A stretch of DNA of 64,000 bases from Paraspadella gotoi (taxonomy: Eukaryota; Animalia; Chaetognatha): NCBI GenBank assembly GCA_051294375.1, contig CM119265.1, positions 19,643,642-19,707,641 of the forward strand, read 5' to 3'. Under the pieces are notes generated by a model. The model saw only the letters and a list, made by a program, of their open reading frames with translations. It had not been told where the DNA came from and did no database searches. Of the stretch, positions 1 through 12,169 are shown piece after piece. The position numbers and the translations under genes are program-made. Each line of letters starts with the position of its first letter. Position 1 is the first letter of the stretch.

Positions 1-715
1 TTTTAATATTCAAAATATTGCGCCAATTTTTCTAACACAAAACGATATAGAAAAAAAACTAAATTAAAATCTAAATGATAACCTCTTTCCTAATGCGCAG
101 TTATTCAAAGCCCTTTGGAGAATAATAAAGACCCTTAAGTTCATAATGCTCTGAAAAGTGTGAATTATTGATTCTAGTTCCGCTCGGAACAGTTTTTAAA
201 TATGTAGAAGACGAAATGTGAAATTTAAAGGATGTATCCGGCGCGATCCTTTCGCAGTCATATTCTCTGACATCGACGTCGTCATAACAAAAACTCATTA
301 TTTTTCACGCACGTGTTTTTGGGAAATCTAGTGTCTCAATTAGGTTTCAACGTCATCGTCCTAGTTTTTGATGGTTACCTCCATAAAAGTTCTTCGCGTT
401 CAGTTTTTCGGCAATTTTCGGCAACAATGGCGTGTTTTTGACAATTTTGACTCCCTTCTCGTAGTAATATTGCACGAAATACACTATTAATGAAGAGTAA
501 CTTTTTAAAAGTTTTTTTCGTGCGGAGGCGTTCCCTTAATTCTCTTTTTCTTCGCATCTCGTCTGCTTTTCTTTCCTTCCTTATTTACGTATCTTCTCCT
601 CTTTTCCTTTTCTTTTCCCTTTTCTTTCTCCTTTCTTTCATTTTTCTTTTTCCCGTTTCCTTTCTCGCATTTATTTTTTCCCCTTTATTTTCATCTTTTC
701 TTTTCCTTCCCTTTT
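1..715 (+). repeat. Direct duplication, copy 1 (copy 2 at 9628-10350)
   Basis: ttttaatattcaaaatattgcgccaatttt...gatccttt...ggaggcg...tttctcgcatttatttttt aligns colinearly with 9628 onward, then diverges inside a pyrimidine tract. Confidence 0.9.
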
Positions 716-1129
716 CTCTCGTCTCCGTCATCGGGTCTTCGCCCGTCACGTTTCCTTTCGTCCGCCCCCGCAATTTCGGGCGGCGTTTGCGAGGCGCCAT
801 CTTTCCGAATTTTTTTTATCGGAAAAGACGCGTGGGGATTTTAGGATAATTCGCCGGAAATTTTATTTCTTGTTTCCGTTTATCTTTTCATAGTTTAGTT
901 TTTTATTGAAATCCAATCGATGGAAGACGCCGAAAAGTGAAGATGTGCAACCAACAAATCCGAAACTAAGAATACGATCACAACAACAACAACAACGAAG
1001 ACTGGGCCGGGACGAAATTAAGACGAAGTCGTAAATTTTTCTGTGAGTTTATGGGTTTCGGATTTGGGAGGGCGAAAAAAGAGAGGGGTCCGTTGATTTT
1101 GGTCAAAACAAACACTTAGTAGAAAAGGA

Positions 1130-1161
<32 letters not shown>

Positions 1162-1184
1162 AGAGAAGAGAGAGAGAGAGAGAG

Positions 1185-1226
<42 letters not shown>
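1130..1226. repeat. (AG)n microsatellite
   Basis: Visible imperfect AG dinucleotide run. Confidence 0.95.
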
Positions 1227-1231
<5 letters not shown>

Positions 1232-1624
1232 TGGCTGTATTCATAACCAATCGCGTGATATGGAGCTTTGTCAAGTATGACGCCGTCCAATAAGGCGCAG
1301 TTTGAACTTGCTATAAGGGGACAGTTTCAACTGCGCCCTCTTTCTGTTCACGAAAACTGTTTTTTTTTCCCTCAGTTTTGGGGAATCCCCACCACTATTT
1401 TTTACGGGGATTACTGTTTGAAGCCTTCTGCCTTATCCACGGCGGGGAATCCCCCACTATTTTTGAATGGGATTGACGTTTAAAGCCCTATCCCGCCCTG
1501 ATTTCATCATGGGCAGTCCTTCTTTATAAAAATATTTAACTGAAAACATAAGAAACCTTAACAATCCTAAATTTAAAAATAAATAATTTATTTGCATTTA
1601 GATTCATTCCTAAACCCTCTATTT

Positions 1625-1676
1625 TATATTCTCTCTCTCTCTCGGTCTACCTCTCTCTTTTTATTTTTTCTATTCT

Positions 1677-1721
<45 letters not shown>

Positions 1722-2132
1722 TTCAATCTGTATCTCTCTCTTTTTCTCACTCTATTTCTTTTTTTTCTATTTTTATCTCTATCTCTCTCTCTTTTTCACT
1801 TTATTTCTTTTTTTTTCTATTTTTTATCTCTCTCTCACTTTCTCACTTTGTCTCTCTTTCTACCTCTCTCTCTTTTTTTATTTTCATATTATCTCTCTCT
1901 CTCTGTCTCTGTCTCTCTTTCTCTCTGTCTCTCTCTCTCTATCTTCTCTCTCTTTCCTCTCTCTTTGTATCTCTATCTCTTTTTCAATCTATTTCTTTTT
2001 TTTTTCTATTTTTTATCTCTCTCTCACTTTCTTTCTCTCTTTTTGTCTACCTCTCTCTCTTTCTTTTTTATTTTCATATATATATATATATATATAATAT
2101 TATATATATCTCTCTGTCTGTCTCTCTTTCTC
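1625..2132. repeat. CT/T-rich low-complexity tract with short (TA)n
   Basis: Reiterated tctctc/ttttatctct units; source of the spurious S/L/F ORFs at 1592-2188 and 1848-2150. Confidence 0.9.
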
Positions 2133-3027
2133 ATGGGTATTGGAGCGTAGTGAAAGTTACATGCAAAAATTATAAATGTCACTTATGAACAACATACTAT
2201 CAGTGAACATTAATTTGTGAAAAAAAATCATTTTATGCTCTTCAATTTTCGCAGTAGGCTATATTTATATATAGTACTATCCTTATAAAACCAAGAAATT
2301 TCAAAATAGGCTTTTCAACTTAAACCCATTTTCACTCGCACAATTCTATTGAAACTTCATATCCAGCTCAATCACACACAAAGAACGTTTGAGAGAGAGA
2401 GATAGAGAGAGAGAGAGAGTGGGCCATTTCTCGTCCCCGTCATGAATTGGGGCGGGGATTTGCCGGGAATGATATCCCCAGTGAAGACCGCCGCAGGGCG
2501 TAGTTGCGGTGAACTTATAGTTCTCTTCCCCGAAACTGCGCGAAGTTTAACAGTTTAAACTGCGAGGATATGGCCCGCGTAATATCTCAGCTTTGTTTCT
2601 GTCTTCCGAGCCTTTAACTCTTTAACTCGCATTTACTCAACCTCACAAAACAATCTAAATTCACGTTTTCTTTGACCTCAACTTTTTTCTCCGTTCACCT
2701 CCTCAAATTACAATCACGCCCCTTCACTTCCTTTTCCTCCTTCTCTCCAACTTCTTCAAAAATTTCCCACCTCCGCATCGCCACCTGCTAGCGACACCTG
2801 CCAGCGACACCTGTCTTGATTAGCCTTTGACGTCCGGCGACATTGAGCGACATCTCCACCTCCGGGCGCTGCTATTTCCGGCACCAAGTCTTCGCCCCCC
2901 CTACTGCCTCACTCCAATCGCTGCCGTGATAAATTTCCCCGCCCGGCACCGTGATACTCTTGCCCGCTCTTCGATGCGTTTCCCCTGTCCCTTCGCCACC
3001 CTTAAAACTTTGATCATCACATCCCCA

Positions 3028-3028
3028 A

Positions 3029-3093
<65 letters not shown>

Positions 3094-3124
3094 TCTCTCT
3101 CTCTTCTCTCTCTCTCTCTCTCTC
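3028..3124. repeat. (CT)n microsatellite
   Basis: Visible dinucleotide run. Confidence 0.95.
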
Positions 3125-3379
3125 GTCACTCTACACCACTTAACCGCTTCCTCACTCCTCTTTCACGGCACTCAGCGTCAACACCGCCATATTCCTGTGG
3201 ACGCCTCCACTCCGCCACGCGAATCTCGACGCAATAATCAGAACGCGAGACGAGAGGAGACGATTTTCCGGTGGCCGTTGACGCCGTCATCTGGTGGCTC
3301 CATCGGCTAAGACGGACTGGCGACGGATGAATAGGTCCGGGGTTCGTTACTAACAGAAACATGAACTACAATTTTAAAC

Positions 3380-3547
3380 TAATATTGGTGATTAACATCG
3401 TTTTATGAGGAAAACGCATATTTTTTTTATTTGAGCACTTGAGCACTTCGCAAATGAATTATGGTGAAGTGATGTTAACCGAAACATATTGCTCAAATAA
3501 AAATAATATGCGTTTTCCTCATAAACCGATGTTAATCACCAATATTA
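3380..3547. mobile_element. MITE-like element, 58-bp terminal inverted repeats with TA at both outer ends
   Basis: 3380-3437 taatattggtgattaacatcgttttatgaggaaaacgcatattttttttatttgagca is the reverse complement of 3490-3547 with 2 mismatches; 52-bp spacer. Terminal TA is compatible with a Tc1/mariner-type target duplication (inference). Confidence 0.7.
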
Positions 3548-3711
3548 TGTACTCATACCGCATATACGATGACTCTCAAGCAATTTTAAACTAGGAATGA
3601 GATTGAAAAGCGCAATGATTGTAACCGGGGCGAAAAATACAAGAANNNNNNNNNNAGATTGAAAAGCGCAAAGATTGTAACCGGAGCGAAAAATACAAGA
3701 ACCACAAGTCA

Positions 3712-3717
<6 letters not shown>

Positions 3718-3748
<31 letters not shown>

Positions 3749-3770
3749 CCACAACAACAACAACAATAAC
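3718..3770. repeat. (CAA)n microsatellite
   Basis: Visible trinucleotide run. Confidence 0.9.
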
Positions 3771-4772
3771 CACCGGGTCTCAAAGGCCATTGACGACCGG
3801 CAAAGACGACAACGACAACGACCCTCAGCGACAACCAGAAAAATNNNNNNNNNNAACGACAACGACCCTCTGCGACAACCAGAAAAATCACAAAGGCGAC
3901 GGAATTTCCTCTCTTCCTCTTTCCCAAATCCCAACGGTCGAGACGTCGCATCCAATTCCGGATTTTCCCCTTCTGATTTTTCCGGCTTCTGTCAGTCGCC
4001 GACATCCCTTCCGCCGGAAACGTGACCAGCCTTTCCGGGGGAACGATGTGTGACGCTTAGCGCGCCGTCGATCTTCGTTAGCGCGGGCGGCGTCGCGTCG
4101 CGCGCCCGCAATCTGGGACGTTGCATTGCACAGAGTCCGTTTCTCCGCAGTCGTCATTGCCGAACGAGCGCTGGGCCCGAGCGAGAAGACAAATTCGTTT
4201 CGCGCTTTTTCTAGACCGAAATGACCATCAGATACTAAAATATGCGAGAGATAGCCGGAGCCAATTCTCCGACGCCATCGTTCCTTTTCCTTCGACTTTT
4301 TGAATAATTTACTCGACCCAAATATGCAAATGAGATTAAACGACTTTGGGGAAACCGTGAGGGTCTCGGAAAGCCAATGAACCTCGTTCGCTGTCGTTCG
4401 TTAACGAATTTGCTGGACGTCTTCGGCGACGACGGTGACAAAGACGACGACGAGTATCAACGACGTCAACTTGACGATGGAAAAAGGAAATGGAAAAGGA
4501 TGACGACCTCAAAGACGTTGAAAGAACAAACGGCGATAATGAAAGACGAAGAACAACAACGACGACAGACAATCAGCAACCGACGACGACGACGACGACG
4601 ACGATTCGACCGAATTTCTTCGCGGAATCCAGACTCGAATCTGAGGAAGGAACTGATACGAGGGGAATGAGAAGATCTAAAAATAGAACGGAGGCTGAGA
4701 TTTTCGTTTCTGGTCGAAGCGAAGAAAGGAGAGACCTCGTCGAGGGAAAAGATAATTTTTTTTTCTTGGAGG

Positions 4773-4829
<57 letters not shown>

Positions 4830-6197
4830 AGCGAATTGGAAGCGTGGGAGAGGAGCGGGCAGTTGGATGCGATAGAAAAGAAGCGGGCAGTTGAAAGCGG
4901 AAGGAGAGGAACGGGAAGTTGGAAGCGGAAGGAGAGAGTTTTGAATAAAATAGAAAAGTCCTAGGAGAGAAGCAGTTGACTCTTTCATCACAGCGAATAC
5001 AAACTGTCAAACATATGAAACGATTCCATTATTATTTCGATTAAACCATTTTGAATGTCGCAAATCTTAAACAGAGGGTTTTATATTATTACTGTGGCAT
5101 GTGCCTGAGATAGCCACAACGTTAACCAGGTCACATGACAACAGCCGGGTCACAAGACTAAGATGTTGACATGAAGGATATATTTCCAGAGTGGCGACAT
5201 TGCAGGGAAAAGGGGATCCGAGATTCGAATTGTATTTAATTCAATTGATTGGTTTAATTTGATTGAGAGAATAATTCATGAGTTTTTGCACAGAGTTAAT
5301 GTATTGGCTACATTATTTATCGAGTAATAAAAATGAGTTAATATCATGAGTGTTCATGTATTAAGCAGGAAAAACCAGACTGATCAATCTCAGTCAAACA
5401 ATCAATAAAGTAAACAGTCAGTTGAATTTGAATAACAAAAGGTTTTGGATAGATGAGCCATCTTCAGTGGAACAGAGAAACAAAAGATTTCAGGTTTCAG
5501 TTTAGATTCAAGTGGCCACATTACCTTTCATTATACATATAGTTCAAACCAGGGCCCGATCAACATGAACATAGCATAAGACCTTAACAATCAACGGGCA
5601 CAAAGTTACCGACAAATTTGAGCGCCCAACTCTTGTAAACAAGGCGCGAACAACTACGAATGATGAGCGGAGTAAAGTCCGGATGTAAATGAGGAAAGCC
5701 TAATATTAAAGAGGGGCAGTAGTAAACCCCGGATATGCCAAGGGGCAGAAGCGAACCCGTATGTAAAAGGGGCGTCCATCCTTGGCGGGCGAAAAACATC
5801 GTCTCTCGTAAATCAGTCGCACGATTCTTCGCTCCTTTCGGTCCGAGAGGAGGAAGAAGAGAAAGAAAAAAAAATTGCCATAATTTTTCCCCGTCGCTTC
5901 TTTTCCTTTTTCTTTTTTCTATCTCTTCCTTTTTTTCATTTCTTCTCGTTTTATTTTCTCACTACTTCTCTACTTCCTCTTCTACTTCTTTTCATATATA
6001 TGCTACCTCTTTGATTTTCTAGTTCTTTGCCAATTTTTACTTTAATTTTTTAATTTTCTATTTCTATCATCAAAGATGAATGAAACCCGGAAACAGAGGA
6101 AATTTTGTTAACCTCGATTGAAATTTTCTCACTTACTTCTTTCGATTTCTTCTCCTTCTTCACAAACAAACCCAAATAATCTCGTTCTTTCCACTCC

Positions 6198-6228
<31 letters not shown>

Positions 6229-6253
6229 NNNNNNNNNNNNNNNNNNNNNNNNN

Positions 6254-6334
<81 letters not shown>

Positions 6335-6502
6335 CTCTCTTCTCTTCTCTCAAAATCTCTTTTTTCCCTAACCTTTCCTCTTTCCTCTCCTCTCTGTCTA
6401 ACTTCGATCTCTTCTCCCTCGTCTCCTTTTCTCTTCCTTCTCTTCCTTCACTCTCCCGTAAATTAATCACCCTTTAAAACATTCAAGCTCTCTCTCTCCT
6501 CT

Positions 6503-6548
<46 letters not shown>

Positions 6549-6550
<2 letters not shown>

Positions 6551-8154
6551 AGCCATTCAATCAACCGAAAGCAGCTTGGCTTCTCTCCCTATCGTTGACT
6601 CTGCTGGTCACCAAACCTTTATAACTCACCTGGTCATCCAACATTTAAGCATAACTCAACCGTGTGCAATGAGCATTGAGCAATTCTGTTTATGAAATTG
6701 GTACAACCAAATATAAAAATATACATTCATTTAATAAATAAGCTATCTTGCCCCTGACTTTGGACAGGCTTTTGGTTTAAGGCCTCCATCACTCTTACAA
6801 GATAATGACATAGCAGGTCCCTGCAAGCTTTCAATCAAGACTCTCTCACAGTCTCGTTATTCACTCTCAGGAGTACCTGGCTTCCTATCAATGAAGTGGT
6901 ATAATATTTCAAAGAATGATTCAATTGTATGTAAAAGACCACTCCTTAAGTATTAGATCGGGGAATACTTATTACTCCGCACTAGCATCAAAATACAAGG
7001 AGCTGAATTTTATGAAATTGGTACAACCAATATAAAAATTATCCATTCATTTAATAAATAAGCTATCTTGCCCCTGACTTTGGACAGGCTTTGGTGGTTT
7101 AAGGCCTCCATTCACTCTTACAAAATAATGACATAGCAGGTCCCTGCAAGCTTTCAATCAAGACTCTCTCACATCTCGTTTATTCATCCCAGAGTACCTG
7201 CTTCCTATCAATAAGGGGTATAATATTTCAAAGAATGTTTCAATTGTATGAAAAGACCCACTCCTTAAGTATTAGATCGGGGAATACTTATTGTACTCCG
7301 CACTAGCATCAAAATACAAGGAGCTGAATTTTATGAAATTGGTACATTGGTATATTCGCGCCGGTCGTTTACTTCGTTGTAAATTTCTCTCTTAAAAATA
7401 AAAACAAATTCGTTGTAAGTTAACAAAATAAACATTTTTCGCTTAATTATAACAAGAGAAAATTAATTAATTGTTAGTAAATTGTAATACAACTGATCCA
7501 AAGCATCTCTCTCTATCTAGCCATTCATCAACCGAAAGCAGCTTGGCTTCTCTCCCTATCGTTGACTCTGCTGGTCACCAAACCTTTATAACTCACGTGG
7601 TCATCCAACATTTAAGCATAACTCAACCCGTGTGCAATGAGCATTGAGCAATTCTGTTTATGAAATTGGTACAACCAATATAAAAATTATCCATTCATTT
7701 AATAAATAAGCTATCTTGCCCCTGACTTTGGACAGGCTTTGGTGGTTTAAGGCCTCCATCACTCTTACAAGATAATGACATAGCAGGTCCCTGCAAGCTT
7801 TCAATCAAGACTCTCTCACAGTCTCGTTTATTCACTCCCAGAGTACCTGGCTTCCCTATCAATGAAGTGGTATAATATTTCAAAGAATGTTTCAATTGTA
7901 TGAAAAGACCACTCCCTTAAGTATTAGATCGGGGAATACTTATTGTACTCCGCACTAGCATCAAAATACAAGGAGCTGAATTTTATGAAATTGGTACATT
8001 GGTATATTCGCGCCGGTCGTTTACTTCGTTGTAAATTTCTCTCTTAAAAATAAAAACAAATTCGTTGTAAGTTAACAAAATAAACATTTTCGCTTAATTA
8101 TAACAAGAAAATTAAATTAAATTGTTAGTAAATTGTAATACAACTGATCCAAAG
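6549..8154 (+). repeat. Tandem block duplication (6549-7504, 7517-8154) holding three copies of a ~325-bp unit
   Basis: Both blocks start ctagccattca(a)tcaaccgaaagcagc and end ctgatccaaagc. Units starting tatgaaattggtacaacc lie at ~6691, ~7011 and ~7659. The first block is indel-noisy. Confidence 0.9.
7520..7998 (+). mobile_element. Highly degenerate non-LTR retrotransposon (LINE) RT-like fragment
   Basis: Manual + strand translation across frameshifts gives, in order, INRKQLGFSPYR (cf. QxGFR), AI..DFGQA (cf. DFSKAFD) and SLLQDNDIAGPCKLSIKTLSQSRLFTPRVPG (cf. LLxKL..GI.G....I..FL..R.F.VRV.G). Interrupted by stops and frameshifts; spacing of the first two motifs is longer than usual. Confidence 0.4.
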
Positions 8155-8733
8155 CTTGACGAACTTACCTCAAAGTCGTGAATCCTAATATATATTGTTT
8201 TCAAGTATGACACTAGAAAGGTATCNNNNNNNNNNNNNNNNNNNNNNNNNNNNNNNNNNNNNNNNNNNNNNNNNNNNNNNNNNNNNNNNNNNNNNNNNNN
8301 NNNNNNNNNNNNNNNNNNNNNNNNNNNNNNNNNNNNNNNNNNNNNNNNNNNNNNNNNNNNNNNNNNNNNNNNNNNNNNNNNNNNNNNNNNNNNNNNNNNN
8401 NNNNNNNNNNNNNNNNNNNNNNNNNNNNNNNNNNTCGTCCATGCTTTCTCGGTGGTCCTCGGTTGTCATCGACGCCACTCGAAACTCGTTGCTTATTTGT
8501 TTGTTCCCTGTCTTTTCGCTAGATGTCGCAACCACGTCGCTGTAGCTGTTTTAGATGGCGTCGCAAAGTCGAACTGATTCTTTTCTCACGTCACTGTGAC
8601 TTGTTTTCTCTTTGAGCTGGAACATTGCGATTGAAGAAAAAAAACATGGCTGCCACAATCGGGTAAAATTTGAGTGGGCATCATGTATTGGTTTTTATTT
8701 TCCCGCCCCAACAAGTTTTTCCATCTTAACAGC

Positions 8734-8786
<53 letters not shown>

Positions 8787-8944
8787 CCCCCTCATTTCCG
8801 CTTTTCGTGATGGAGAATAAATTAAACCGTAAAAGGGACAGAAAATCTCTGCTTCCGTGAAAAACGACGTCATTAATTGAGTGAAATAATTCGGAGGCGG
8901 GATCAGAGAGACAGGGACGGGGACAAAGAGAGGAAATGGATCCT

Positions 8945-9565
8945 CGAAAACGGAGGAAAAAGAAAAGCGGAAATCGAACGGAGGAAAAAGAAAAGAAAAG
9001 CGGAGATCGAATGGAGGAAAAAAAAAGTGGAGAATCGAACGGGAGGAAAAAAGAAAAAAGAAAAGGCGGAGATCGAATGCGAGGAAAAAGAAAAGCGGAA
9101 GATCGGAACGGCGGAAAAAAGAAAAGCGGAGATACGACGGAGGAAAAAGAAAAGCGGAGATCGAACGGAGGAAAAAGAAATGAAAACTGGAGATCGAATG
9201 GAGGAAATAAGAAAAGTGGAGATCGAACGGAGGAAAAATAAATGAAAAGCGGAGATCGAATGAAGAAAAAAAAAGGAAAGCGGAGATCAAATGGAAGAAA
9301 AAAGAAAAGCGGAGATCAAACGGAGGAAAAAGAAAAGAAAAGCGGAGATCGAATAGAGGAAAAAGAAAAGAAAAGTGGAGATCGAATAGAGGATTAAAAA
9401 ATGAAAAGAGAAGATCAAACAAAGGAAAAAGAAAAGAAAAGCGGACATCAAATGGAGGAAAAAGAAAAGAGGAGATCAAACTGAGGAAAAAGAAAAGAAA
9501 TGCGGAGATCGAATGGAGGATAAAGAAAAGAAAAGAAAAGATCGAACGGAGGAAAAAGAAAAAAT
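8945..9565 (+). repeat. Purine-rich minisatellite, ~30-36-bp unit aaaagcggagatcgaa(c/t)ggaggaaaaag
   Basis: Motif gcggagatcgaa recurs roughly 18 times with variable A-tract spacers; explains the repetitive ORFs at 8586-9479, 8877-9245 and 8936-9241. Confidence 0.9.
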
Positions 9566-9627
9566 TGAGATAATCGATAAAAAATTTTTTAAATAAATTT
9601 CTAGATTCTCAAAAAAAAAACCAAGAT

Positions 9628-10350
9628 TTTTAATATTCAAAATATTGCGCCAATTTTCGTAACACAAAACGATATAAGAAAAAAAACCTAATTAAAATCT
9701 AAAATGGATACACTCTTTCCTTAATGCGCAGTTATTCAAAGCCCTTTGGAGGAATAATAAAGACCCCTTAAGTTCATAACTGCTCTGAAAAGTGTGAATT
9801 ATTGATTCTAGTTCCGCCTCGAGACAGTTTTTAAATATGTAAGAAGACGAAATGTGAATATTTAAAAGGATGTATCCGAGCGCGATCCTTTCGCAGCTCA
9901 TATTCTCTGACATCGACGTCGTCATAACATAAAACTCATTATTTTCACGCACGTTGTTTTTGGGAAATCTAGTGTCTCAATTAGGTTTTCAACGTCATCG
10001 TCCTAGTTTTTGATGTTACCTCCATAAAAGTTCTTCGCGTTCAGTTTTCGGCAATTTTCGGCAACAATGGCGTGTTTTTTGACAATTTTGACTCCCTTCT
10101 CGTTAGTAATATTGCACGAAATACACTTATTAATGAAGAGTAACTTTTTAAAAGTTTTTTCGTGCGGAGGCGTCTCCCTTAATTCTCTTTTTCTTCGCAT
10201 CTCGTCTCGCTTTTCTTCCTTTCCTTTTATTACGTATCTTCTCCTCTTTTCCCTTTTCTTTTCCCTTTTCTTTCTCCCTTTCCTTTTCATTTTTTCTTTT
10301 TCCGTTTCCTTTCTCGCATTTATTTTTTTCCCCCTTTTATTTTCCATCTT
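9628..10350 (+). repeat. Direct duplication, copy 2 of 1-715 (indel-rich)
   Basis: Colinear with 1-715, differing mostly by single-base insertions (e.g. ggagaataa vs ggaggaataa, acccttaag vs accccttaag). Confidence 0.9.
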
Positions 10351-11615
10351 TTCTTTTCCCTTCCCTTTCTCCCTTTCCTTTTCCTTCTTTCCTTTTTCTT
10401 TCACCCTTTCCTTTTCCATATTTTCTTTTTCCTTTCCGTCTACTCTTTCTTCCTCTACTTTAGTTTCTCTCTTTAAAGTATCTTTCCATTCCTTTCTTTC
10501 CATTTTCTCCTCAACTTCTCTTCCCTGTCTCATTTTTATTTTGGTTGCTTCCTTTTACGTCACTTTCTTTTTCTTTCTCTTCCTTTCTTTTTCACGTGCT
10601 CGATTTCTCGATTTCCACGTTATTCCTTTTTTTACGATTTCGTTTCACTCACTTTTTTCCACGCGCGAAAAAAAAAAAAACAAAAAAAACTCGCTATATA
10701 AAAAACCCGGTTCTCTCGCCGGCGTAACAAAGATTTCTCTTTTATTCCTCACCCGCCCCCCGACTTACCATGTTTTTAACTTACCCATTTCTTTCTCTCG
10801 CACATCGTCCCTTACCTTTGACGCATCGTCCCAACCCTCAGTCCCTCACCCCTCACCTTTTCATCCTCGACGAGTCATCGCTCTTCCTTACTTTCTTTTA
10901 CCTCTTCCATCCGTCAGCGTTTTGCCTCGTCAAACCGCAGAGTAAGTGCCTTCCTTTATCACGTCACCTCACGTCTCCTCACCTCGTGAGTCTCACCCCT
11001 CTCCCCCCGCCCACCTCCGCCAAAGCCGGATCACGCTCATGAAGATCGATCACGACGCTCGCGATGTTGATGTGATTCAAAGTGGAAAAGGGTGTTTTGG
11101 CAACGCGTTCACCGTTCACCGCCTCGCTTTTCTCGCGAATTTCCTTCGTTCGGAATCACCAGATTTTCTGCCAAGGATTCTTTATTTTATATCACAATCA
11201 ACTAAAAAAGCAATTTTACTAAACATAAATATATTTACAAAAATCCCTGTCCACCCTCGTTCCCTTTTCGAAAATTGTTTTTACTTGATCACAGTCCGTT
11301 CACAGTCTCTATAGTCTCAATCACGCGTCAAAGATCGGGAACTATTTCTCTCGTTTTACAGTCACAGTCTCCCGAATTCGCTGCGACGTGACGAGTGACA
11401 ATCGTAATTCTCCGCCCATAAGTTTGTCACGAAATCACAAAGTTGACATCTTGGATTTTTTTTTTGTGACGTCTAGGACCCCTCTCGAACGCTTGGTGCT
11501 GAAATAGTTTTTTTTGGGGGGAAGGGTAGAGTAACAGATTTCATAAATGTAGTTGTGGGTCTTAGGTTAGGGGACCAACAGTGATTATACGATTTACAAT
11601 GTCGACTTATTGCAG

Positions 11616-11650
11616 GTACAAACCGATAAGAGGATCCCTCATTATTTTAT
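11616..11650 (+). CDS. Candidate 35-bp internal exon, product unknown
   Basis: ttattgcAG|gtacaaaccg...attattttat|GTGAGT; two frames are open (VQTDKRIPHYF or YKPIRGSLIIL). Splice signals only, no homology recognised. Confidence 0.2.
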
Positions 11651-12119
11651 GTGAGTACTGTACCTCATTTTTTTTCATTTCTTTATTTGGTCTGTGATTT
11701 AAAGATGCAACGGCTTTTTTGTCTTCCTTTCTTTCGATCTGCGTCATCCATCACCGACTCACCAACTCTCGTCCAAGAAAGGCGTTTCGTCACGATCACG
11801 CGATCCGCGTCTCTCGCTTTTCGATCCCCAAATCCAATCGTTTTGGTGTCTTCGTCGTCGTCGTCGTCGTCGTCAAGTTCCTCATATTCTGCGGCGTCTT
11901 AGATTCACGAATCTCTCTTTTAGTGACCATCCATCCTGCGCTTTAGTATCTCCAAATAGGCACTCGCCACGGAATTCCCGGCCCGTGTCACGTTCTACTC
12001 TTCAACAAATCGCCATTCCTGTCACGGTCGCGTCCCGCAAAATTCATGATCAAATTCTCTCGAGTCGAATCGAGTCGAGATCTCAAAATCGCTCCACGAC
12101 TCAAATGCTTGCCCCCATT

Positions 12120-12169
<50 letters not shown>

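Noticed and set aside
8945-9565. Regularly spaced ~30-bp repeats as a CRISPR array (also 53125-53465)
   Set aside because: Intervening sequences are A-tracts or triplet repeats rather than unique spacers; no cas genes; eukaryotic context.
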